A DNA stretch of 43,240 bases from the NCBI GenBank assembly GCA_052390515.1, contig JBQTGV010000056.1, positions 1 to 43,240 on the forward strand. The letters are read 5' to 3'. Positions 1 through 10,800 of this stretch are shown one piece after another (positions within the stretch are counted from its first letter, which is position 1; each line of letters begins with the position of its first letter). A program made the translations under genes and the position numbers. The notes under the pieces were generated by a model, which was not told the origin of the DNA, searched no databases, and saw only the letters and a list, made by a program, of their open reading frames with translations. The DNA comes from Candidatus Eiseniibacteriota bacterium (GTDB lineage Bacteria; ARS69).

Positions 1-1
1 G

Positions 2-961
2 GTCGCGCTCGACTGGTACGTCCAGGACGACGCTGGGGCCGTCTGGTACCTGGGCTAAGACGTCTTCAACTACGAGGAAGGCTAGATCGCCGACACCGAC
101 GGTACCTGGCTCGCCGGGCGGGACGGCCCCGCGGCGATGATCATGCCGCCCGACCCCGAGATCGGTGACGTGTGGCGGCCCGAGAACATCTGCGGCTTCG
201 TGTTCGAGGAAGTCACAGCGATCGAAACCGGCGTGACCGTGGACGGTCCGCGCGGGTCGATCTCGGGCGCCCTGATCACGCGGGAGCTGCACATGGACGC
301 GACCACCGAGGACAAGATCTTCGCGCCGGGTTACGGCGAGTTCTCGACGGGCGCACCCGGAGGAGACCTCGAGGCCGTCGCTCTGGCGGTGCCGATCGAC
401 GCGCTGCCTGGCCCGACTCCGCAGGAGGTCGAGACGCTGTCGGACGGAGCGGAAGCGATCTTCGAGCTGGCGCGGTCCGGCCGCTGGCAGTCCATCGCCG
501 CGGAGGCAGCCGCGATGAACGACGCCTGGAACGCGCTCCGGGCGACGGGCGTGCCGCCCATGCTCGACGATCAGATGAGCCACGCGCTCGAACGGCTGGA
601 CGAGACGGTGGCTTCGCACGACAAGTCCGACGTGCGCCAGGCGACGATCGGCGTCGCCCTGGCGAGCCTCGACTTCGAGCTTCGGCACGAGGAGCGGAGC
701 GAGATCGACCTCGACCTCATCGAGGTCTGGCTCCGCCAGCTCGTGATCGACGCCCGAGCGAACGACCGGGGCGGCGTGCGGGGAGACATAGCCACGATCC
801 GGTGGATTCGGGATCGCCTCGAGCCACAGGCCCGGCGGCCGATCGACCGGTTCCTTGGGCTGCCGGTCGTCGCAGAGCCGGCGGGAGACCTGACCTCCGT
901 GGCCGAGACCGCCGAGGCGTTTCGCGGGGAGTTCGGCGGTCGTGCCCGATCGGGGCCATGA
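2..961 (+). pseudogene. Hypothetical protein, 5'-truncated by the window edge, with two in-frame stops (TAA 56-58, TAG 83-85); either a pseudogene or sequencing errors
   Basis: The frame from position 2 reads VALDWYVQDDAGAVWYLG*DVFNYEEG*IADTDGTWLAGRDGPAAMIMP and continues in frame into ORF 137..961, with GC3-rich codons throughout. Confidence 0.6.
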
Positions 962-1147
962 GCTCCTGCCTTCAACGGGGGCCTGCGGTCCCGGGCGACC
1001 GCGGGCCTCGCTGGGGCCTGCAGCCCGAGCCGGTCGGCTCCTCTCGCGCTCGCGGTTTCGCCTGGTGTATTCCTTCGCCCGTCGCCACGGTCGGTGAGGA
1101 CGGCGCCGCCTCTCGGGCGCCGGCGCGAGCGAAAGGAGCGAGCCACG

Positions 1148-2839
1148 ATGAGCACCCCCTTCGTCTTTGGCCGTCGGCTCCACTTCGCCGCCGCGATCTT
1201 CGCCCTTCCCATGTTCGCCGCGGCAGCCGAGACACCGAACTGGATCGCCGAGGGCGATCAGGACGACGCGTGGTTCGGCGTCTCCGTCGGCACCGCCGGT
1301 GACGTGAACGGCGACGGCTTCGACGACGTGATCGTCGGCGCGTACCTCTACGACAACGGCGAGCTCGACGAAGGCCGCGCGTTCGTCTACCACGGTTCGG
1401 TCACCGGGCTGGCCGCCGATCCCGCGTGGACCGCCGAGAGCGACCAGCCGGGCGCTTGGTTCGGGTACTCCGTGGGGACGGCCGGGGACGTGAACGGTGA
1501 CGGTTTCGACGACGTGATCGTCGGCGCCTGGCATTTCAGCAACGGACAGAGCGAAGAGGGACGCGCCTACGTGTACCACGGATCGGCGACGGGACTCGCG
1601 GCCACGCCGGCGTGGATCACGGAGAGCGACGAGGTCGGCGCGCACCTCGGCATCTCCGTGGGGACCGCCGGAGACGTGAACGGCGACGGCTTCGACGATG
1701 TGGTGATCGGCGCATGGCACCACACGAACTTCTTCAGTCACGAGGGCATGGCGGTCGGGTACCACGGATCGGCTGCCGGACTGGAGACGTCGGCGTCGTG
1801 GCACGTCGAGGGCGAGCAGGCCGACGCGTACCACGGCATCTCCGTGGGGACGGCCGGGGACGTGAACGGTGACGGATACGACGAGGTAATCGTCGGCGCG
1901 TACGGCTTCGACAACCAGCAGAGCCAGGAGGGCCGCGCCCACGTCTACCCCGGCTCCGCGTGGGGACTCGAGTGGATGCCCACCTGGACGACGGAGAGCA
2001 ACCAGACGGCCGCGTACCTCGGGATCTCGGTAGGGACCGCCGGAGACGTGAACGACGACGGCTACTCCGACGTCATCGTCGGTGCTTACCAGTACGGGAA
2101 CGGGCACACCGCCGAGGGCAAGGCCCTCCTCTTCCACGGGACCGCCACGGGCGTCGACCTGGTTCCCACGTGGTACGCCGAGGGCGGTCAGACCGCGGCG
2201 TACTATGGAATCTCCGTCGGGACGGCCGGGGATGTGAACGGCGACGGGTTCTCCGATGCGATCGTGGGCTCGTACCTCTACGACCTCGGCGGGACCGATG
2301 ACGGCGCAGTGTTCGTGCACGACGGCTCGGAAACAGGGATCCGATCCGCGCCCGACCGGACCCTCGGCGGTCCACAGAGCGGCGCACAGTTCGGGGTCTC
2401 CGCCGCCACGGCGGGGGACGTGAACGGCGACGGGCTCTCCGACGTCATCGTGGGGGCCTGGACCTACAGCGACGGCGAGTTCGAGGAGGGTGCGGCGCTG
2501 GTGTTCCACGGCTCGTCGTCGGCCACGTCCGTGGCGTCGTCGGCCGGCCCGGTATCGGGGGGAGCGCTCGGGCTCGAGCCCGGGATCCCCAACCCCACGG
2601 CGGGGGAGACCGAGCTGCGCTTCGCGCTGCCGGTGGCCGGCGGAGCCCGCCTCTCCGTGCTCGACGCGACCGGCCGCCACGCGGCGCTGATCCTCGACGG
2701 CGAGCGGGGTCCAGGCCTGCACTCGGTGCGCTGGAGCGGGCGGGACGCGCGCGGGGCGAAGCTCGCGCCGGGCGTCTACTTCGTCCGGCTGGAGCAGGCC
2801 GGCCGGAGCGAGGTGAGGAAGCTGGTCCTCGTTCGTTGA
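1148..2839 (+). CDS. FG-GAP (integrin-alpha-like) 7-bladed beta-propeller protein with signal peptide and FlgD-Ig/T9SS-like C-terminal domain
   Basis: AAAGGAG SD precedes ATG 1148. Seven G.SV..AGDVN.DG..DVIVGA repeats. C-terminus PNP..LRFALP..VLDATGR..WSGRD..G..LAPGVYFVRL..RKLVLVR. Confidence 0.9.
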   Translation: MSTPFVFGRRLHFAAAIFALPMFAAAAETPNWIAEGDQDDAWFGVSVGTAGDVNGDGFDDVIVGAYLYDNGELDEGRAFVYHGSVTGLAADPAWTAESDQPGAWFGYSVGTAGDVNGDGFDDVIVGAWHFSNGQSEEGRAYVYHGSATGLAATPAWITESDEVGAHLGISVGTAGDVNGDGFDDVVIGAWHHTNFFSHEGMAVGYHGSAAGLETSASWHVEGEQADAYHGISVGTAGDVNGDGYDEVIVGAYGFDNQQSQEGRAHVYPGSAWGLEWMPTWTTESNQTAAYLGISVGTAGDVNDDGYSDVIVGAYQYGNGHTAEGKALLFHGTATGVDLVPTWYAEGGQTAAYYGISVGTAGDVNGDGFSDAIVGSYLYDLGGTDDGAVFVHDGSETGIRSAPDRTLGGPQSGAQFGVSAATAGDVNGDGLSDVIVGAWTYSDGEFEEGAALVFHGSSSATSVASSAGPVSGGALGLEPGIPNPTAGETELRFALPVAGGARLSVLDATGRHAALILDGERGPGLHSVRWSGRDARGAKLAPGVYFVRLEQAGRSEVRKLVLVR

Positions 2840-3033
2840 CCCGGCGCCGCCGCGCCGCCCGGAGCTGCTGGCCCGCGGTTTGACACGCGGTGGCACGCCG
2901 CCTTGCTACATTCGAGCCGGTCGCATGTCGATTCGCCAGCCCCCGCCGCGTCTACTCCGTGAGCCGCTCGCCCGGCGCTGACGCGATGCTGCGACGCGCG
3001 GCGATCCGCTTGGCCCACGAGAAGGAGGTTCCC

Positions 3034-3615
3034 ATGCTTCGCCCCATCCCCGCCGTGCTCGCGGCGGTTCCGCTCCTCGCGCTGCTTGCTTCCCAGGCTA
3101 CCGGGCAGCCCGCAGCGGTCACGGGTGCCGCGGCCCGGCAGGCCTTCGATCGCATCAAGACGCTCGACGGAACCTGGATCGGGACGAGCACGAACGGCTG
3201 GACGGAGAGGATCCAGTACCGCGTCATCGCGAAGGAGTCCTGCGTGATGGAGACTTCTTTCGACGCTCATCCGAACGAGATGATGGTGACGATGTTCTGC
3301 CCGGACGGCGAGCGGCTGCTGCTCACGCATTACTGCGTGGCGACGAACCAGCCGCGGCTCGTCCTGACCTTCGCCGATGCGGAGGTCACCGAGCTCACCT
3401 TCGAGTTTCTCGACGGGACGAACCTGTCGACTCGCGACCGCGGCCACATGGACAAGGTCGTGTTCCGCTTCCTGGGAACCGACGAGTTCACGACGCGCTG
3501 GACGTGGTATCAGGACGGGAAGGAGAGCTGGATGGAGGAGATCCGGTGTACGAGGGCGCCGGACGCACCGCCCTCGTCGAGCGAAGGCGGCGCGCCGGCG
3601 TCGATGGGCCCCTAG
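3034..3615 (+). CDS. Secreted hypothetical protein (MVTMF..LTHYC...NQPRL family)
   Basis: Strong SD (AAGGAGG) before ATG 3034, a signal-peptide-like N-terminus and typical codon usage. Confidence 0.8.
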   Translation: MLRPIPAVLAAVPLLALLASQATGQPAAVTGAAARQAFDRIKTLDGTWIGTSTNGWTERIQYRVIAKESCVMETSFDAHPNEMMVTMFCPDGERLLLTHYCVATNQPRLVLTFADAEVTELTFEFLDGTNLSTRDRGHMDKVVFRFLGTDEFTTRWTWYQDGKESWMEEIRCTRAPDAPPSSSEGGAPASMGP

Positions 3616-4346
3616 AACACGACGAGCGGGATCTGGACGATGGCCGGGTTCCCGTCCGAGCCGGTGAACTCGACCTGCGCAGTGGCCCCGCCTTCGGAGT
3701 CGAACGTGTGCGGCGCCGAGTACGTTCCGGCCGGCGACTCGGAAGCCGCGTGGACCTCCACGAGGCTGCCCTGCGTGCAGCGGAGCGCGACCCCGGCCAG
3801 CCCGCTGACGGGCGGACGCGGGCTCGGAACGTCCTCCATGATCAGGAACCGGAACGTGACCTCTTCGCCGCGTACGGGGTACTCGCCCGTGCTCGTCTCG
3901 AACTCGACGCGGTAGCCGCCCGCGTCGAAGTGCGGTCTGACGGCGTCGAGCGTCGTGTCCAGCCGGTGCAGCTCGGCCGCCGCGCTCTGATCGGACCGCT
4001 GGCCGACGATGCGGACGTCGAACGAGCCCGTCGCGGTGAACGGCGTGGAGCCGACGTAGGCGGCTCCGTCGAACAGCAGGGGTACCTGCTTCGTCCACTG
4101 CTCGGCGCCGGCCACGCCGATCTCGGCGCGAATCGTCGTGAAATCGCTCACCTCTCGCCCGCGACTGTCGGTGACCGTCACCGTGAAGGTGACCTCGGAC
4201 TCGAAGGAGTGGATGTGGCCAGGCGCGACCTGCACGTCCACGACCAAGGTGTCGTCGCCGGGCCCGGTATTGCCGTCGCATCCGTGGAGAGCGACGGCGA
4301 GCGGCAGGACCAGGAGCCGAAGCGCGCGCCGCGAAGTGCTCATCAT
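3612..4346 (-). CDS. Putative lipoprotein with beta-rich, probably Ig-like (YtkA/FixH-like) domains
   Basis: Basic N-terminus, hydrophobic stretch and lipobox-like LHG-C, followed by alternating beta-strand patterns. The domain call is tentative. Confidence 0.7.
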   Translation of the reverse strand: MMSTSRRALRLLVLPLAVALHGCDGNTGPGDDTLVVDVQVAPGHIHSFESEVTFTVTVTDSRGREVSDFTTIRAEIGVAGAEQWTKQVPLLFDGAAYVGSTPFTATGSFDVRIVGQRSDQSAAAELHRLDTTLDAVRPHFDAGGYRVEFETSTGEYPVRGEEVTFRFLIMEDVPSPRPPVSGLAGVALRCTQGSLVEVHAASESPAGTYSAPHTFDSEGGATAQVEFTGSDGNPAIVQIPLVVF

Positions 4347-4399
4347 CTCGTTACGGCCCTCCTAGGGCTGTCCATTGGGAGCGCATCGTGGGGACCGGC

Positions 4400-4410
4400 A
4401 TTCTATCACA
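4400..4410 (-). promoter_or_regulatory. Putative extended -10 promoter (TGTGA-TAGAAT) for the lipoprotein gene
   Basis: The minus strand reads tgtgatagaat about 55 nt upstream of the 4346 start. It is an AT-rich near-consensus site in a GC-rich background. Confidence 0.5.
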
Positions 4411-4412
4411 CA

Positions 4413-7133
4413 TCAGGGCGAGAGCTTCAGCAACTCGGCGCGCCAAGCGGCCGCCTCCCGGTCGTGCCCGCCAGCGGGCACCGCGGCATGCCATGCCTCG
4501 TGAAGAGCCACGAGGCCCTGCAGAACTCTCTCCCGCTCCGCCCTGCTTGCGCCGGGAGCCTTGGCGAGGATGGCGTGCGCCTCACCCAGGTTCCCCTGTG
4601 CCGCCTCGAACGAGCCCGTCGCGGCGCGCGCACGACCGAGCAGGGTGAGGTACGTGCCCAGGCGGCGCTGCTTGTCGCCCGTGAACGCCCGCCGGGCCGC
4701 AGATTCTCCGGGTACGAGGAGTGCGGCCGCCTTCTCCGGTTCGTCTCGACCGAGGAGCACCGAGCCCACGTAACAGATCGAGATGAGGGTCTCCGGGTGG
4801 TCGTCGCCGAGCACGCGGCGCCGTCCCTCGAGCGCATCGCGGTAGTACATCAGAGCTTCGTCCAGGCGCCCCATCGCCTCGAGCACCACGCCCATGTTGC
4901 CGACCGAGTTCAGGGTTCGCGGGTGATCGTCGCCCAGCACGCGCCGCCTGCCGTCCAGAGCCTCGCGGTCGTAGACCAACGCCTCGTCCAGCTTGCCCAG
5001 GGCGTGGAGCGCCACGGCCACGGAGTTGATCGAGGCCAGAGTCTCCGGGTGGTCGTTCCCCAGCACCTGTCGGCGGCGCTCCATGGCCTCGCGAAGATAG
5101 CCCAGGGCCTCCTCGTCTCTGCTCAACGAGGAGAGCAGCGTCCCGATGTTGCTCAGCGAAGCCAGCGTCGCCGGGTCGTCCTCTCCGAGCAGCCGACGAT
5201 GACCTTCCAGCGCCTCCCGAAGGGAGGCGAGCGCCTCGTCGGACCGTCCCATCGACCACAGCAGCGAACCCATGTTGTTGATCACGGCGAGCGTCTGTGC
5301 ATCGTCGTCGCCCACCGTCCGCCGGAACCCGTCGAGCGCCTCGCGAAGATGCGCCAGGGCCTCGTCCGTCCGGCCCATCGCGCTCAGCAGTGACGCGACG
5401 TTCGCCCGCGAGGACAGCGTTTCCGGGTGGTCGTCGCCGAGAACGCGGCGCTGACCTTCCAACGCGGTCGAGATCCGCTCCAGCGCTTCCTCGAGCCGAC
5501 CCATCGCCCAGAACAGGGTTCCCATCCGGCTGGTCGACTCCAGCGTCTTCGCGTGGTCCTCGCCCAGCGAGCGGCGGTAGGTGGCGAGGGCCTCCTCCTG
5601 CAGGGGGAGCGCCTGCGGGTAGAGCCCGATCTCCCGGTAAGTGTCCGAGACGGTCTGCTGCAGGGCGGCGCGCACGAGCGGCTGTTCCGCGAACTCGGAC
5701 GCGATGGCTTCGACGGCCCGGCCGAGGACCTGCTCGTCGACGAGCCGCAGCGCGACGTCCGTCGCGTTCGCCCGGGCGAGCATTCCGTCGAAAGCACCGA
5801 TCGCGGACTCCGCCTCCGCCGCCGGAACGCCTTCCGCGTCCAGCGACTCGCGGATCCGCTCCCGGACGTCCGTCATGAGGGCGCCGCCCATCTCCGCGGC
5901 GTCGATCCCGGAGAGCATCGAAGCCTGGAACTCGGTGACGAGCTCCAGCTCCTCGGCGCGGGCCTGCGCTTCCTCGCGCGCGTGCTCGGCCGAGCCACGC
6001 AGCACGCTCATCGCCACCGCGAGCCCGACGAGCAGGAGCGCCACGGTCGCTGCGAACGCGGCGGCCAGCTTGTTCCGCGCCACCAGCTTCCTCAGTTGAT
6101 AGACGGTGCTGGGAGGCCGGGCCTGGATCGGCTGATCCTCGAGGTAGCGGGCCACGTCGTCGGAGAGCGCCGCGGCGCTCCCGTAGCGGTCTTCGGGCCG
6201 GAGCTCCAGCGCCTTGTGGCAGATCGTCTCCACGTCCGGATCCAGGCGCCGCCGCCCGCGGAACGCCTCGCGGAGGCGTTGCGGCGGCTGCTCGGTGACG
6301 GCCCGCAGCGCCTGGAGCATCGAGTCCGACGGGATGCTGCGGGGCAGCCGGCCGGACAGCATCTCGTAGAGGATCACGCCGAGCGAGTAGACGTCGGTGC
6401 GGACGTCGATGTACCGCGCGTCGCCGCGGGCCTGTTCGGGACTCATGTAAGCCAGCGTGCCCTTGATCACGCCGACTTCCGAGACCAGGCTCGCCTGCAC
6501 GTCCGTGTCGGTGATGCGGGCTAGGCCGAAGTCCAGGATCTTCACCGGCGGGACCGTCGCGCGCCCCTCGGCCCCGACCGCGGCCTCCTCCGTCACGATG
6601 ATGTTGGACGGCTTGAGGTCCCTGTGAATCACGCCGCGCTGGTGAGCGTAATGGACCGCGTCGGCGATCCGCCGAAGCAGCGCGAGGCGGGTGCGGATGC
6701 CGGCACCGTCGAGGCCGCGCGGCGACGTACGCTCTTGCAGATACGCGCCGAGAGTCTTGCCGCGCACGAGCTCCATGGCGAAGAAGTGCCGGCCGTCGTC
6801 GGTTCGCCCTGCCTCGTAGATGGCGCCGATGTCGGGGTGCTCGAGGCGGGCGAGCGTGTCCGCCTCCCGCTCGAACATGCGCACGCGCATCTCGTCCACG
6901 AACTGCCCGCCGCGGATGACCTTGAGCGCAACACGCCGCCTCGGTGTGCGCTGCTCAGCCTCGTAGACGATTCCCATGCCACCCACGCCGAGGGTGCCGA
7001 GGATCTCGTAGCCGGCGATGCGGGGCGCCGAGCTCTCGCTGTCACGGCCGGGGATCGTGGGCGACGCCATCGTGCGGTCGCAGGAAGCGCGCGTCCGTTC
7101 GGCGTCCGGGGGGTCTCGGCTGGAGTCGCTCAT
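4413..7133 (-). CDS. Hanks-type Ser/Thr protein kinase with TM helix and C-terminal 42-aa TPR repeats
   Basis: Kinase motifs LGVGGMGIVY, VALK, HRDLKPSN, DFGLA, GTLAYMSPEQ and DVYSLG. A hydrophobic helix follows, then repeated LG.DHP.TL TPR units. Start placed at MSDSS (7133). Confidence 0.92.
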   Translation of the reverse strand: MSDSSRDPPDAERTRASCDRTMASPTIPGRDSESSAPRIAGYEILGTLGVGGMGIVYEAEQRTPRRRVALKVIRGGQFVDEMRVRMFEREADTLARLEHPDIGAIYEAGRTDDGRHFFAMELVRGKTLGAYLQERTSPRGLDGAGIRTRLALLRRIADAVHYAHQRGVIHRDLKPSNIIVTEEAAVGAEGRATVPPVKILDFGLARITDTDVQASLVSEVGVIKGTLAYMSPEQARGDARYIDVRTDVYSLGVILYEMLSGRLPRSIPSDSMLQALRAVTEQPPQRLREAFRGRRRLDPDVETICHKALELRPEDRYGSAAALSDDVARYLEDQPIQARPPSTVYQLRKLVARNKLAAAFAATVALLLVGLAVAMSVLRGSAEHAREEAQARAEELELVTEFQASMLSGIDAAEMGGALMTDVRERIRESLDAEGVPAAEAESAIGAFDGMLARANATDVALRLVDEQVLGRAVEAIASEFAEQPLVRAALQQTVSDTYREIGLYPQALPLQEEALATYRRSLGEDHAKTLESTSRMGTLFWAMGRLEEALERISTALEGQRRVLGDDHPETLSSRANVASLLSAMGRTDEALAHLREALDGFRRTVGDDDAQTLAVINNMGSLLWSMGRSDEALASLREALEGHRRLLGEDDPATLASLSNIGTLLSSLSRDEEALGYLREAMERRRQVLGNDHPETLASINSVAVALHALGKLDEALVYDREALDGRRRVLGDDHPRTLNSVGNMGVVLEAMGRLDEALMYYRDALEGRRRVLGDDHPETLISICYVGSVLLGRDEPEKAAALLVPGESAARRAFTGDKQRRLGTYLTLLGRARAATGSFEAAQGNLGEAHAILAKAPGASRAERERVLQGLVALHEAWHAAVPAGGHDREAAAWRAELLKLSP

Positions 7134-7261
7134 GCGGGGACAATATCGAACGTCCCGGCGCGAGGGAACCGGAACGGCGGCGCCGATGCTTGCTGGGGCG
7201 CCGTGCATCTGCTAGCGTGGCGCCGTTCGGCGGCACGGGCGGCGCGGCCGATGGAGGCGCG

Positions 7262-7813
7262 GTGGCGAAGATCATCGGGATCGCCGGGAGCCTCCGACGC
7301 GCCTCGTTCAACGCCGCCCTGCTTCGCGCCGCCGCGGGCCTTGCTCCCGCGGGCACCGAAGTCGAGATCGCCTCCATCGCCGGCATTCCGCTCTACGACG
7401 GGGATCTCGAAAGCGAGCACGGCATTCCGGAGACCGTCGCCGCGCTCAAGGATCGGATCGCCGCGGCGGACGGCCTGCTCCTCGCCACGCCCGAGTACAA
7501 CCAGTCCGTCCCCGGCGTCTTCAAGAACGCCGTCGACTGGCTCTCCCGGCCGGCCAAGGACATCCCCAGGGTCTTCGGCGGGAAGCCCGTGGCCATCCTC
7601 GGCGCGACGCCGGGCGCGGGTGGAACCCGGCTCTCGCAGACGGCGTGGCTCCCGGTGCTGCGCGCGCTCGGCGCGCGGCTGTGGACCGAGAAACAGCTCT
7701 ACGTCGCGGGCGCGGGGCAGGTGTTCGACGCCGAGGGCCGGCTCGTCGACGAGAAGATCCGCAAGCTGCTCGCTGAGTTCGTCTCCGGCTTCGCCGCGTT
7801 CGTCCGCGGTTGA
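7262..7813 (+). CDS. NADPH-dependent FMN reductase (ChrR/SsuE flavodoxin-like family)
   Basis: GSLRRASFN and TPEYNQSVPGVFKNAVDWLSR motifs; GGAGG SD before GTG 7262. Confidence 0.92.
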   Translation: MAKIIGIAGSLRRASFNAALLRAAAGLAPAGTEVEIASIAGIPLYDGDLESEHGIPETVAALKDRIAAADGLLLATPEYNQSVPGVFKNAVDWLSRPAKDIPRVFGGKPVAILGATPGAGGTRLSQTAWLPVLRALGARLWTEKQLYVAGAGQVFDAEGRLVDEKIRKLLAEFVSGFAAFVRG

Positions 7814-7819
7814 CCGGGG

Positions 7820-10800
7820 TCACGCTGCTCCGCCGGCCCGCTCGTCTCCGCCTTCGCCCGGCTCCCACTTCACCATCTTGAGATCCAGCACGAAGATGGC
7901 GTAGAGGACCGGAACCAGCAGCAAGGTGATGAACGTGGCCACGCTGAGGCCGCCGATCTGCGCGTAACACATCGGCTCCCACAACGGGCCGCCGTGCGCG
8001 GCCAGCGGGAAGAGGGCGAAGACCGTCGCGCCGACGGTGATGAGCACCGGCCGGAGCCGCACGATCCCGGCCTCCAACAGCGCCTCGATGAGCGGCGCGC
8101 CGCGCAGGCGCTCCTCCTCGATGAAGTCGAAGAGCACGATGACGTGGCTGACGATCACCCCGACCAGACTGGCGACGCCGAGGAAGGCCATGAAGCCGAA
8201 CGGCGCGCCCATGATCCACAGTGCACCGAGCGCCCCCACCATTCCGTAGGGGATGGCGGCGAAGACGATCAGCGGCTTCACCGCGTTGCGGAACTGCACG
8301 ACGAGCGCCATGAAGATCATGGCGATGGACGTGGCCATGACGACGGCGAGCTCTCCGAATCCCGAGGTCTGCTCCTCGTGCTCGCCCCCGATCTCCATCT
8401 TGAAGCCGGGGGGCAGCTCGGCCTCGAACTGCCGGATGGCGGGGAACGCCTCCGTCAGGACTTCCGAAGGTAGCACGCCGGCCACCGGGAAGCAGGCCAC
8501 GCTGATCGTGCGGAACTGGTTCTGCCGCGCGATCTTCTCGGTCTGCATGGAGTAGTGCGTCGAGGAGATCTGGCGGAGCGGGACGCGGCGTCCGCTCTGG
8601 GTCGCGAAGACGTAGAGGTTCTGCAGGTCGGCGAGCTGCGCGCGTTCCTCCATGCGCAGCCGGGTGACGACCGGGATCTGCTTGTCGCCCTCGCGCAGCA
8701 CCGCGACCTGGTACCCGTTCATGGCCATCAGGGACGACACGGCCACGTCCACGTTCGTCACGCCGGCGAGGTTCGCGCGGTCCGGGTCGATGTCCAGGTT
8801 CACGACGAAGTTCTCGACGCCCCAGTCGTCCTGCACGCGCTCGGCGGTGGGGATCGATCGGAAGACGTCCTTCAGCTTCTCGGCCTCGCGGCGCAGGGTG
8901 GGGATGTCGTCCCCGGAGATTCGGATGAGCACCGGCAGCCCCACCGGAGAGGTCTCCAGCTGGCGCATGTCCACGCGCGCGCCGGGCACCTCGGCGGAGA
9001 AGGCGGCCTGCAGCCGGTCGACGAGATGTCCGGTGTCGTGCTTGTCGTTGAGCTGCACGATGATCTGCGCGTAGTTCTGCTGCTTCGGCTCGGGTGAGAC
9101 GGAGGACCAGAAGCGCGGGCCGCCGCCGCCGATGAACGTAGTTAACGAGCGGAGCACGTCGCCGTGGCCTTCCTTCCCGTGGTGTTCGTGTCCGTACTCG
9201 TCGGTGACGCGGACCACGATCTCCTCGGCGAGGCGCGCGGCGTCCTGCGTGGCGGAGAGCGGTGCGTCCTCGGGCAGCCACACGTCGACGTAGGAGAGGT
9301 AGGAGAGGTCCTTGGGGAAGAACTGCGGCTTGAGCTGCGCGCCCAGGAACAGGCCTGCGGCGAGGAGCACGAACGATCCGGCGAGCACCTTCCAGCGGTG
9401 CGTGATCGCCCAGGTTCCCGTGCGGTAGTACCAGCCGGCGAAGCCCCGCTTCGGGCCATCCCCGGCGGGATCCGCGTCCGCCTTGCCCCGCAGCAGGTAG
9501 TAGCCCAGGAGCGGCATGAAGGTCATGGACACGAGCCGGGACGCGACGAGCGAGCAGGTCAGCACGATGGGCAGGCTGTAGAGGAAGCGGCCGGTGTTGC
9601 CGGTGAGCAGGAGGAAAGGCAGGTAGGCGACGATGTTGGTGATCGTCGCGAAGAGGATGGCGGTGGCGAGCTTGGTAGGTCCGAGCCACGCCGCGACGGA
9701 ACGAGGGTGTCCGGCGGCGAGGTCGCGCTTGATGGCGTCTCCGGCCACGACGGGGTCGTCCACCAGCAGCCCCAGCGCGATGATGAGCGAGGCGATCGAG
9801 ACCTGCTGCAGGTCGATGCCGAGCGTGTACATCATGCCGAAGGTCATCGCCAGGGTCAGCGGGATGGAGAGGGACAGGAGCACCGCCGAGCGCCACTCCC
9901 AGAACCCGATCAGCGCGATCACCACGACGAGGCCGATCGCCTCCCACAGGCTGGTCATGAACAGGTCGACGTTCTCCCGCACCTGCAGCGGCTGGTCCGA
10001 GGTACGGGCAATGACCAGGTCCTCGGGCAGCCGCTGGGTCACGCGCGCCAGCGCCTCGTCCACGGCGGCGCCGAAGTCGCCGATCTGCTCGCCGGGCCGC
10101 ATCTGCACCGCGAGCGTGACCGCGCGGGAGCGCTGCCAGTGTCCGGAGGCATCCCTCCACGTGTAGTAGTTCAGGAAACGCGCCGGGCTCTCGTAGGTGC
10201 GGATGATCTCCACGAGGTCGCGGAGGTAGACCGGGGATCCGATCGAGGACGTCGCCACGATGACGTCGCCGATCTCGCGTTCGCTCTGGAACTCTCCCGT
10301 CGCGGCGATGGCGAGGTTGCGCCCGTCGTACTCGACGACGCCTCCGGGTAGCGCGGTGTTGCGCGCCTCGAGGATGTCGGGGAGGTTGCCGATCTCGGCG
10401 CCGAACGAGGCGATCCGCTCCTGCGAGTAGGAGAGGTACACCGCCTCGTCCTGCACGCCGCTGCGGTCCACCTTGGAAGCCTGCGGCACGGTCTGGATGG
10501 TGCGCTCGATGAGCGATGTGAAGTCGTCCAGCTCCCGGTGCGTGTACTTGTCCGGGGCGGCGGCGGCGAAGCACTCCTCGGTACGCTCGGGATCGCGCAC
10601 CAGGATTGGCGGCCAGGCGTCGGGATGGAACTCCGCCTCACGGAGCTGCGTGTCGATGTAGCGCGCGACGGTGGCGAGCAACGCGGCGTCGTCCAGGTCC
10701 GAGAGGCAGTCCACCCCCATGAATCCCGCCCCCTCGAACGGGCGCGGATCACGCAGCGCGCCGTGGTCCACCGCGTATCTGACGAATCCGTCGAAGCCGC

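Noticed and set aside
56-85. Alternative genetic code (TAA/TAG read-through)
   Set aside because: TAG and TAA terminate several genes in the window at their expected C-termini.
978-1009. GC hairpin after the first gene as a terminator or REP element
   Set aside because: It has no U-tract and I found no second copy in the window, so it is too weak to call.
2880-2912. TTGACA plus a sigma54-like TGGCAC...TTGC upstream of the 3034 gene
   Set aside because: The GG-to-GC spacing is 11 nt rather than the strict 10, and TTGACA-to-TACATT is 21 nt. Neither promoter geometry fits.
3612-3615. Convergent genes sharing overlapping TAG stops in a CTAG palindrome
   Set aside because: This is a common compact arrangement with no sign of special function.
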